Below, piece after piece: positions 50,035 through 61,775 of a stretch of 64,000 nt of DNA. This DNA comes from Paraglomus brasilianum. Lineage: Eukaryota. Below the pieces are notes generated by a model. That model ran no database searches. It worked only from the letters and a program-made list of their open reading frames with translations, and was not told where the DNA came from. The number at the start of each line of letters is the position of its first letter. Positions within the stretch are counted from its first letter, which is position 1. Where the stretch lies: assembly GCA_910592345.1 (NCBI GenBank), contig CAJVPI010000049.1:1-64000 (forward strand). The letters are read 5' to 3'. A program made the position numbers and the translations under genes.

Positions 50035-51490
50035 CAGTCGACCCTCCATATGTACAGTCAACCATCCATATATCATGTCTTATTCCCAAGCTCGGGATTA
50101 GTAAATATATGCACACCCTCTATATTTTGCATTGCACGGTGTTGTTCACTTCCGCTATATCTTCCTATTACTATATGCACGCCCCGTGATTTTGTACAAC
50201 AAATGATAATTACCATTACACGGGATGTCTAAACAAAGTAAAGATCATACAAAGAGTGTGATTTGTAATACTTGCATATTGCGTTGTCTTATTGGTTATA
50301 CTGTTTCTATTTGAAAGAAATTCGTTGTTTAACACCGTCTTTATCATTCCTTCGTTTAATATTAACAGGTCAGGTAAATAAAGAATTAATGACGGATAAA
50401 GAATTTTGTAATCGTTCATAAAAGAAATAAATCCATTGTTTATCGGCATTAGACATTCATATTAATGATAGTGAGATTGATAACAGCACTGAATTGCCAA
50501 TAGTCAATGCCAATGATGCTATAAAGAGTTTAGAATTAGTTCGTTCCTTTTTGCAACAGCAAGAAGATTCTAAAGAGTTACTTAAACATGTTAATGCTCT
50601 TGATTACTACATTGGTTTAAAGTTGATGAATGCAAAGAAACAAACAACCATAGACAAAATTTTTTTAACCAAAAATAGTAAACAGGTATTTTAATATGTT
50701 TTTCATTATTATGAATAAATAAAAATACAGTCGCACCTGTCTATTTGCATACTGTTGGGACCGATAGATTTTTATGCAAATAGACAGAATATGGAATACA
50801 CGTTATCACATTACTCAAAATTTTTTATGCACTCGTAAAATATGTTATCGCTATCATTGTACAATGAAAGAAGCAATAACTTTCGAGATAGAGAGAGATA
50901 TTACCGCCTTAAGATATTTAATATTCCAGATTTAACGTTAAATGTTTCATTATTATATTATTGTTATTGCCATTATTATTTAGATACAGAAACCTATGAG
51001 AACGGAAGATTTCTTGAATCCCGTTGAAGAACGTAAAATAGAAGAACTTGTGGATGAGGAGACAATAATCAATTGATCCAAGAAGGCGGGTGAGGAAGAA
51101 GATAATGAGAGAAATGAGAAGGGAAATGAGTTGCCAGTTGTTTCTGCTAAGCGTTAGATATTTTTGTTGCCAATATAATAAAATTTAAATCGATCTTGTT
51201 GATCTCTCCTTTTATAGCATGTATACGTTGGTGGGACTTACTAGAGTTAGGGCCACTTTTGATGCACGTTCACGTTATGCAAATAATAAAGACCTCGAAA
51301 CCTCACGTTATGCAAATAGCTAATAGGTCCCACGGGGCTCCTTATGCAAATTAACAGATTATGCAAATATACGTTATGCGAATAGACAGGTGCAACTGTA
51401 TATATATTACGTGCAACCAATAAAATGCTGACTCTCCATATATGCTCACCCTCCATACATGCACGATCCCAAGGGTGTGCATATCGACTG
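50035..51490 (+). mobile_element. pogo/Tigger-type non-autonomous element, copy 2, with nested insertion
   Basis: TA|CAGTCGACCCTCCATA ... TCGACTG|TA; body homologous to 42724-43499. Confidence 0.85.
50728..51398. mobile_element. Second pogo-type MITE nested in the element above
   Basis: 24-bp TIR CAGTCGCACCTGTCTATTTGCATA / TATGCGAATAGACAGGTGCAACTG (2 mismatches), TA flanks, subterminal TTATGCAAATA repeats. Absent from the paralogous position (~43445) of copy 1. Confidence 0.85.
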
Positions 51491-53417
51491 TACGTATAAT
51501 GGTGAAGTGAAATCTCATCAAAATACACTCAACCATCTTCTGCAAACCACAAAACTTTTTAGAAGCTGCCGTCGGGTTTACCCATGCACAAAATTTAGTT
51601 GCTTTGTCTTTATTAGTATATTGAAATTGTGTACAGCAACCGTTATGTTAGTATTCTGTCTGCGTATTGTATACCCCACGACATATTAACTTTGTGCAAC
51701 TCCACAAACTTTTTTTAATGAAAATTTTTTCCTACTTTTTTAAGCAAGACCGTCGACAGCCTAAGTTCTTAAACACATACTGTATCTTCTGAATTGTCGT
51801 TCATCGAACCAAGTTTCCAGAAGGAGCATACGTAAGTAATTTCCCAGAATTCTTCACGTTAAAAGAATTTGAGCTTTAAGCGGTTGCGTTTATCGATCGA
51901 ATGCAGGGGAAGATAATGATCAGGTGACCAGGTATTGAGTTCAAAACTTGCAGTGTATAAATAAATAAAGTTCCTAAAATGGTACGATATACACACTCGA
52001 CCATGAGAAACGTTACCATATTAATATATATAATTTGTTCCAAAAAACGTCACCACAAAATCAAACAAATATTACAAATATTGCAGATGTGACATAATCA
52101 AGCAGTAAAGATGATTATCTATTGTCACTTATCGGAACAGAGCACTTCCTTGAAATCGGACTTCATTGTATAATAGCAAATGGCGTAAGCTAGGAAAACA
52201 GATAGAAAAATGTTGTGTCTGAGTTGGGGTTCGGAACCCAGACACTCAGTCCAGAACTGAGACAGGTCCCCAACTGAGGTACAACATACCTAAAATCTAA
52301 AATCTGTAGATTTCCGTCAAGTGGAACTAGTTTGACATCGAGTTATCCGATCACAAAGCTTAGAGTTTGTGTTCAGATATATATTTTTTGTCTCCGCTAA
52401 TTTTTCGTTCAGCGCTAATTTCAATTTTAGCCGACAGTTAGGCAACATGCCGCAAACCAAATGTTGCTAACAAGTTGCGAGATGTAAAGTCCGTATTACC
52501 AGTACAGTAGTATAAAAATGGAGTCAGTACTACTACGTATATGATGTTGGGGGTCATGTTATCATCAAGGTTCAGTAACAATACACTCGACAATTTCGCC
52601 ACGTATAAAATTTATTGTTTTTTGTTTAAAGCCTATCGTTCATTTTTGCGCTTGAGTTCACGCTTGTGTCAATTATTATTATTTTTTGCAAAAAGCTTTT
52701 TGCTTTCTGCTTTGACCAAGAATTATCACTGCTTTTGTTGCAATATTTCAACACGTCACACTGGGTAAATACTATATGTGTGAATTTATTTTCGTGCTTT
52801 GCAAACATTTTCGTTTACGGAAAGCCTTTTTTTTCTTTTTTTCGTGTGCTTATTAATTAATCACAGATCATATCTCCTGAATTGCCATTTTATCGGACTA
52901 GGTTGCAGAAACAGATGTTTGAGATTTTAATTTTAAGCTCATGCTTGTTTACGTGTGTTTTTAATGCAGGGAGAAATAATGGTGAATAGATGTTGACGTT
53001 ACACGACGTTTGAAGAACCAACAACTTATTCTACAGCCGCTCGACTTTAAAACTGTTTGCTTACGTTTCTGAATGTTCTAAGCGAGCTATTGTAATTATT
53101 CTAATATAAAGTCACACAAGTTCGCCATACAGATACATTCTCTTATCTGTTTGTATGCTGTGTGTTATTACCGAAACTTTCTGAACCCCGAAAACGAAGT
53201 TGCCCGAAATGGATTCTTGTACGAACCCATTGTAATACAACGGGACAGGCTAATACGTGTTTTTGCGTAAGAAAACCTGCACATTGGGTTTCGCCAAACC
53301 CCATGACTGGAGATTGACTAGTTTAATCCGGTTTCTATTGTTATTGTTATTGTTATTCGGAAGTGAAGCAGATATTTGGCCTGAGCTAAAATACAGTTGT
53401 CAAGAACGGTTTATAGA

Positions 53418-54294
53418 TGTTCTGGCCCAAATCAGAAATCAGCCCATTCCGGGAATGGACCAGGCGCCATGTTTAGCATTTTCATTTGGGCTGACCTACA
53501 CAATTTCTTATTCGTTAGTTGGATCATAAAATTATTTTAATAAAGTATTTCGTAAGTTGTGAAGGGTGGCATCTTGAACCACAGCCGGTGCCAGTTCACT
53601 TGCAAGGACACCTGTTACTATCACATTTAGATTTACAATGGCAGAGAGCTCCCGTGACTGTCGCTGAACTCTGCATCTTTACTGCTTCCGTTAGGGAGAT
53701 TTGTTTCTCTGGTATGTTCTCGAGTTCAGGGAACTCTGCACTTATGCTCTCTAGATCAAAAACTTGATAACAGGTCCCCAAGATGCCATAAGCACACCCA
53801 AGATGATAAACCCCCCCATCTAAAACCTCCATAACCGGAAGAGATCTTCGATCAATACCTGTTCTATCTACCCTTGGGATATTAACTCTAACGTAATCTC
53901 CAATGTCAAACTCTAATCGCTGTCTCTTATTTCTACTACTCATTAGATTCACCATTGCGTAGATGTTTCGATGCACTTGCTGAACAGCAAGCTCACACGG
54001 TTTTTTGTAATTCTATTTAATTGACATGCCAATCGTGTTATGAACACAGCAATTAATAAAACGCGCGAAGAACGCGAACGTTTGCAATCATACATGAAAA
54101 CAACAGGACATTTTTTCGCAGCCCAAGTGCTTATCTAAGCATTGCTCAACATTTTGTCATTATGGACTGCTGACTTTTTATGTTTGTGTTACCAAATTTT
54201 GTCACGATCATCTGAAGATTTACAAATCCCGACATGGGCCCAAATGAGAATGCCCATTCCCGGAATGGGCTGATTTCTGATTTGGACCAGAACA
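53418..54294 (-). mobile_element. Ginger/KRBA2-SCAND3-like integrase-type DNA transposon, internally deleted
   Basis: ~41-bp TIR TGTTCTGGCCCAAATCAGAAATCAGCCCATTCCGGGAATGG with TGT...ACA ends and a 4-bp TSD TAGA/TATA. Empty site in the paralogous unit near 45630. Remnant ORF IGDYVRVNIPRVDR...ISLTEAVKMQS...CHCKSKCDSNRCPCK*TGTGCGSRCH. Confidence 0.85.
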
Positions 54295-55423
54295 TATATA
54301 AATGTTTTGCTGCCAATAAGAGATAGTGATCTAATTCTCACATTATATTACTTGAAACCCGTTTTAGGAAATATCATATGGTTATACTGTATGTGTGTAA
54401 CTTCTCTGCAATTGCAATATAAATAGCAACTTCATTCCTTTGCTTTGATAAAGATGATGCAAAAAGACATAGTATTCAAGTTACGATTATAAAACGACAT
54501 AAATGCGGTCGACATGTACAGTAAGTTTAAAGATATTTTTATTCCTCTTTCTAGTACAAACTATAACAAATAACTGGAAACTATATTCATGATACGTTAC
54601 TCATTAATTTTCAATATATATTATGGCTGCTTTTAGGGAGATAACAAATGAAGGCTATTATATAAGTTTACGGGTTTATCTCATCAAAAGTCAAGATGAT
54701 AACAAATCTCTCCACTGAATGATAACGAGTTCAACGAAGACATACCATCTCATTTGTGAAGAAAAGAAGAAGAAATACCCATTTGTAAACCGATGGTATA
54801 CCTACTAGGACGGGAGGAGATATGCAGCACCACGGAATCCAGTTACCATATAGTGATAGAAATAAGACCGTATTTAATGTGCGGACCCGTAGACGCAGTG
54901 CTGACACACCCATTAAACGGACGCCTTAAAAATACCTTTACTGCCGCAAAAAAATAGTCTCGACATTTTTTGAAATTATTTTATTTTTGACTTAAATCAA
55001 TACAACAATTTTCAATGACATTATTATGTTATACCCAAATATTTATTATTACGTATAAGCATGATATGATTAATAACACGTGCATTTAAAAGGTCTTGAA
55101 TGTAACACAAGTATTTGGTGACTACAAAGGGTAATTTTTCATATTGTGCAATAGTAACTTCAAAATCTGGTGACTGTGACTATAATATGATTGTGACTGT
55201 AAAGGAGGTAAATCACTATCAAAATGACTGGGACCAGAACAGACTGTGATTGTAGGGGAGGTTGACTGTATTACATACTGGATAGTTGAGAGGTGAAATA
55301 AAGAATATAAGTGAGGCAAGATGGGAGTGATTACATGTTGAAAAGAGTGTGTGGTGTGAGGGAATATCATTAATATATGAATAATAATCATACGAGTAAA
55401 TCAAACTTTTATCTCTCTAACAA

Positions 55424-57208
55424 TCAATTCTCAGATATTTCAACATCCTTCTCAGTAGGCGCCTCGATATCCCTCTTGTGAGTGTCATCCTTTACGATGT
55501 TGTCTACACTTACAACGTATTCTTTAAAAAGAACTCCAATGAAAGCAATCTTTGTTCCACCGCTACAACTTTCTCGTCGCTCGAAAGATTTTTTGATAAT
55601 ATAGGACCCGAGAACGGAATATTTGGACGTAGACTATCGTAGAGGGCTGACCTAACTTTGTGGCGGACGCGCGGCAGATTTTGAATCAAACCCCATGGAT
55701 TCATTTCATAGGAGCCTGTGAAAAGAAAAGAGCAATCGATATTGACGTTTAACAAAATACGCACGCTTGACAGAAAAGCAGAGTAATAAATCCAAGGAAG
55801 TGGATAGAATTTCGTTCACATACCGAATAAGAATAGATATATTCCCATTGCAAAAGTGTAAATACCACCCACAGCACTGAGGAAATCACTCACCGTCAAA
55901 TCGCTAATATTAAGGAGTTAAACATATGTTCGCACAAAAGTATTCAATAACATTAGCAATACTTCTTTTTCATTTGAGCAGTTTGTGTCATGTATACTTA
56001 CGACTTTTCGGTTTCCATTATGACTATATAAGAATTGGGTCTTATAGCTATATTTGCGTAGCCCTCGACAAAAATGTTGGGGTATGATACTAAAAGCAAA
56101 ATGTGCAATTAGTATGTAGTTTCTCTCTCGATAAAGCGGGCCTCGCTAATTAAATAAGGTATAATACTTGTTTCTCTAGCTTACCGAGTATGCTACTTAT
56201 CATTGCTATAGGTTTATGATCGCCTTTTCCAGACAGGATGTTTACAGCAGTTTGTTGAAGGCGACTTGTTATTCTGCGCGAGTAAAAGAGGGCGTACGAC
56301 TAATTACGTGAGGATTGTTGTTATTAGTATATCGTGGAGCTAACATATCAAAATATAATCATTTCAGGTTAGAATCCGCTCACCTGGTTGTTAGCGAAAT
56401 AGTAGGTGTTAGCAAGCGCTGCCGTAGACTCATAACCAGAAACTCCTTTTATGCGTTGCGTTTTGGACGCTAATTCCAAATCAGACTTCGTATCTAAGAG
56501 TTGTTATTTTTTTAATCAGGATTGTTTTTGTTGCATAGCATAACACTTTTGCTCATGTAATTTGTGTGGAATACATTAATTGTATACCTTTATCAGCAAA
56601 GAACGCTTCCAGCAAAGCATTGCCGCCGGTAAACTTTGGATCCGTTATATTAACCATCAATTGAATGGCAAATAAGGCATTTGCATTATCTTTAGGGTTA
56701 TCAAACCCTAAGTCAGGTGCACTAAAGTTTAACAAGTAAGCACCGAAATTTTGATCGTAATAGGTGTTGCCGAAATAATTATTACAATCGCCAATCGCTA
56801 AAATATCAAATTAACGCACACATATCAATGTTGGTTATTAACAAATAGAAAATAACGTCACTGTTTCAACATACAATAATTATAATAGACCGTCTTGCAG
56901 TCGACTGTGAAGTCAAAAATAGAGAGAAAAGAGGCGACTGAAAGAGAAAAAGAATGATTTGATATTAAATTCAATATAAGTTTCATTTGCATTAACGGGA
57001 AAATTACGTACAAGGGGCAGGAATGGGGCTACTATGGTCTTCTTTATAGCTTAAAGTTCTCTCATCTTGGCTCAGCTTATATGCTTTCCAGCCAAAATAG
57101 ATTAATACGCCTATGTAGCAAATCCATAAAAATAATATTCTCGACCTTCTGATAGCAGTGAGCTCAGAACGTCGTGAAGGAAATCTGTCGACAATGAAAT
57201 TTTTTATC
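55424..57208 (-). pseudogene. Two-transmembrane protein copy 2, pseudogenised
   Basis: Same 8-exon structure as copy 1. A ~92-bp deletion removes the 5' leader and the AT of the ATG (the in-frame codon is now TAG), and a 1-bp loss near 55520 frameshifts LEFFL-x-EYVV into LEFFLKNTL*. Confidence 0.8.
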
Positions 57209-60005
57209 TATTGGGGAAAAGCGCGGGGTATTTATAACTTTTATCTTTGTTGTACTGTTGTATATTTAACGATTTTGCAATATTATCAGAGCGTAATGAT
57301 CTATTGTTTGGGTAATTTTTTATAAAACTAATAGTAACGCTGACAATGTCAAGTAACAAAATTTTTTGTCATTGTCTAATTTAACCTAATCTGTTTTGGC
57401 GTACAAAGGTTTGTGTTCAGAACTTCTTCTTTTTTTCAAGGGCTGTGCTACAGCAACACAAAGCAAAAAAAAAACATATGATAAGATGCCCGTATCACGT
57501 CAGAAAAAGTCAGTAGTACGTATAAAGGTGAAGTGAATCTCATCAAAATACACTCAACCATCTTCTGCAAACCACAAAACTTTTTTAGAAGCTGCCGTGT
57601 CATCAAGTCGAGTTTACTCATGCACAAAATTTAGTTGCTTTGTCTGGAAGTCTATCTTTCATATTATCGCTCAGAACTGGTGCTTGGCAAAACTTGTTTT
57701 CGAACAAGATTGCAGATGGCTTTGTTTTTACCGAAATAGTTATCTTTATTAGCATGTTGAAATTGTGTACAACAACCGTTATGTTAGTATTCTGTCTGCA
57801 TATTGTATACCGACATATTAACTTTGTGCAGCTCCACAAACTTTTTTTTATGAAAATTCTTTCCTACCTTTTTAAGCAAGACCGTCGACAGCCTAAGTTC
57901 TTAAACACATAATGTATCTTCTGAATTGTCGTTCATCGAACCAAGTTTTTAGAAGGAGCATACGTAAGTAATTTTCCAGAATTCTTCACGTTAAAAGAAT
58001 TTAAACTTATAAGCGGTTGCGTTTATCGATCGAATGCAGGAAAGATAATGATCAGGTGACCAGATATTGGCCGCATGAGCTGCCACATTACTAAAATACG
58101 GTTAAATCGTACCGTCGAAGGCGGTTTATAGTAAATGTTTTGCTGTCAATTAAGAAGCGCTAATCTTGTGAGATTGCCAAGTTAACGAATTCCTAACATA
58201 CCACGAATAGTTGTTAATCAGCGTGTCCCCCACCTTTTCTTAATAATGATAAATCGCTACTAATAATAGCAAAAGCGGGATTCAGGAAATTTTTTGTTTG
58301 TGTCAAAAACCTGACCGGGAAGAATTCATTCAGCCCACTATTACTCTAAATTTAGAGATAGCCAAAAATAATCATGATAAGGTTTCGTAACACAGCAGAT
58401 TTGTTTCAGTATGTTGTATTAATATATTTGTGAGACTACTCAGTCACAAGTTGATCTTGATCACTTTAATCAGGTGGCAGGCATCCTGCAACTGCTTTAA
58501 ACGCCGACATCATGTTTTAAGCCGTATTTGATAAGTCGATGATTTCTGCTGTGGGTAAAGAGACATTGTCGATATCAAAAACTCATTAATTATTGTCGAA
58601 TGACAAAATGTGATGTTTAATAAAGCTATCCCTTAAACTGTATTGTCAGCAAATTTGCCTACAATTTGGATTCGCTTATATCACCTGATGCTACTAATAA
58701 AATACCCCCAACATATATAGTTCGCCAAAGACCTTGGAATCATAGCTATTAGTATGTGAAGTCACATGATTGTAGGTTGCAGAGTCTTGTTTCTCTTGCT
58801 GATCCTTAACTCTAAGCATGTATATTTTATCGATCAATCGCTGATGGAGCCAATACTCATACGTTTAGCACTGTAACTGTTGGTTAACATCTGTGTGGTA
58901 GATATTCTTATTAAAAAAAGTCTTATCCCACCAACTCTGAAGTCACATCAGACTCACAATACTTACCATAAAGAACCAGATTTCGGTGAGAAACGGAATA
59001 TGAATGTAAACCAGAGCAAGAAGAACAATAATAAAAGCTCCGAAGCGAACAAAACAGTAGAAGCAATGTAAGAGTTCAAGAAAGAGAAAAAGATATGTGG
59101 GAGAAGAAGCAGGAGCGGGGAAGTATGAGTTTAAATGTCTGTCTTCAAATGGCCATTACTTCTCAGTGACTTATCTGTTTACCGAGATCTTTGACTCTTT
59201 AGACTCACAAAAAAGTAATAAAAAAAAAGGTCTAAGAATATGGTACGCTATCATAGCTCAAATAAAGCAGAATTTGCAAGAGTTTGAAATTTTACCTAAG
59301 CATTTTTTCAAAAATAATTTTTAAATGCGCATTATTCTTCAACCACACATTCTTTCACTGCGTAGTTTTTGCTCATTTAAATCTCCAGGATTAGGCAAAT
59401 TATTATTTTTAATGGTTAAAGTTCAAATAATATAGTAATATTGTTTTTTTTTTATTACAAAATTATGTGTCAAAATTGCCAAAAATTGGCCTACAGATAA
59501 ATGTTAAAAGAAGGATGTTTTCATTGAAACAAAACAGTTGAAATTGTATATTCAATAAAAGATGAAAAATAAAGATTCTAAACACGCTTGCATATATATT
59601 TTCCAGCAAAATTACATAAAGACAAAGCACATTAATAATACTTAATAATGCAGTAAACATAATAAAATTGATGGTTTTATATATCTAACAATTAGCAATT
59701 AATATGACGTATTATGTAGACTAGAAATGCCAAATGTATCAAAAGAAATTTCGATTAACCAAACTACTGTCAGCTAAACAGGATGACAACTAAAATAGAA
59801 TAAAGTTGGTTTTTTTCTACGTATTCACGCTATAATATGTAAAAATTTCCTTACTTAATAGGATGCACGGCAATACTGACTGCGTTATATGTTTTTTTTT
59901 TTAAAAAAATTTCCCCTTCAAAAAACCTACCTATAAACACAAACATACATACAAACATACATACAGCAAAACAAATTAACAAGTTAACATAAGAACTATT
60001 CTGTC

Positions 60006-61775
60006 TCAAGTTATCTCAATATCATCCTTCTCCGCAGAAGTGTCAACAACGCTCATCGCGGCAATTTTGCCATATACACCGTTGTCTACGTTTACAACAT
60101 ATTCCCTTAAAAATAATTCCAGTGCAAGCTGTCTTTGTTCTATTGCTATGACTTTCTCGTCGATCGAACAATCTTTTGTTAATACAGTGTTTGTGAATGG
60201 TATATTAGGACTTAGACTATCGCGGAGGGCAGATCGAACTCTGTAGCGGATACACGGAAAATTTTGGACCCAACCCCATGGATCTATTTTATCGGCGCCT
60301 GTAAAGAAGAAACGAGGGTGATCGATATAGACGTAAATGCACACTTGACAGAAGAAAGGGAAACAATTGAGGAAGAAAATAGATATCACATACCGTATAA
60401 GCATCTGTAGGTTGCTATTGTAGCTGCGTATATACCTCCCACAGCACTAAACAAATCGATTATTGACAAATTGCTGGAGGAGTAACAAATATGAGTGTTC
60501 AATAACATTAACAATGCTACTCGTTTTATTTGACGTCTTAAGTGTCCAATGTATACTCACGGGGTTTCGGTTTCTGTTTCGACCATATAAGACTTGGGTT
60601 TCATTGTTACAGATGCGTAACCTGCGTCGTTTAGGTAGTAGGGATATGACACTTAAAGCAAAATGTTCGATTAGTATGTAGTTTTTCTCTTGACAAAACG
60701 GGAGTTGCTAATTACAATAATTCGTTCTTCTAGCTTACCAAATAAGCTGCTTATCGTTGCTATAGTGTTATGATCGCTTTTTCCAGAAAGTACGTTTAAA
60801 GCATTTTGAGTGAGGGGTTTGGATATTTTGCGTTCAAAAAGAAACAAGTACGACTAATTCACGTGGGGGTTGTTATTATTAGCAATATTGTAGAAGCATA
60901 TGTATAATATGTTCATTGCATTGAATGATATACTAAAATTCGTCACCTGGTTTTTAGCGAGGTAGTAATTGTTATCAACAACTGCCGTAGCCAGGTAATA
61001 ATAATAATCCAATCCTATTGGAGTTTGTGACGCCGCATTTTGCAAATCAGAAATTGTTTCTAAGAATTTTTGATCAAAATTGTTCGTGTTAATAGCATAA
61101 CGATCTTTTTATGTAACTTGTGTTGGACATATTAATTGTATACCTTTGTCACCAAACCACGCTGCCAGATACGCATCGCTACCACTATACTTTGCATCCA
61201 CTATAGTAATTTCCAAGACAATTGCGATTAAGGCAGCCTCGTCATTAAAAGGGTTAACAAACGACAAGTCAAATGCATTGAAGCCTGAATAGTAGGAGGA
61301 GGACGTTTGGTCGGTTTTATTGACATAATTATTGCAATCACCTGTCGCTAAAATATTAAATTGACACGCACACCATCCACGCGTATCGTAATGGTTAATT
61401 AACAAATGGGTAAATATTTTGCTGTTATTTTATGTTTATACATACAATAATCATAACGAACTAGCGTGCAGTTGACAGTAAAGTTGAATTGGGCGATAAA
61501 ATGAACGGCTGCAAAAAAAAAATTATCAATATTAAATTTAAAATTAGTTTTAATTAGAGGAACGATTACGTACTCGGAGCAGAAATGTCACCATAGTCCA
61601 TCTGATATATTAGTTTAGTCTCATGTTGGCACAGTTTATATAGTTTCCAGGCAAAAAAGGCTGCGACGCATACGTAGGCAATTAATAAAAACAACGTTCT
61701 CATCTTTTTGATAAGGAAGAGCTCAGAACGTCGTGGAGGAATTTTATCAGTAAGAACGTTGCTTATTGGTTCCAT
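60006..61775 (-). CDS. Uncharacterised two-transmembrane protein, copy 3 (diverged paralog), 8 exons
   Basis: MEPISNVLTDKIPPRRSE, TM1, FNFTVNC...GDCNNYV, LSIIDLFSAVGGIYAATIATYRCLYG, PWGWVQ, RQLALELFLREYVV. Intron positions and phases match copy 1 and the frame is intact. Confidence 0.85.

Larger units (their letters stand above)
42724..58170. repeat. Tandem segmental duplication, ~7.3-7.5-kb units (42724-50034, 50035-57510) plus a partial third unit (57517-~58170)
   Basis: Long colinear high identity: 42724-46270 with 50035-54960; 47738-50034 with 55270-57510; 43500-43996 with 57517-58068. The units differ by TE insertions and by one non-homologous block (46270-47735 vs 54961-55268). Confidence 0.9.
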
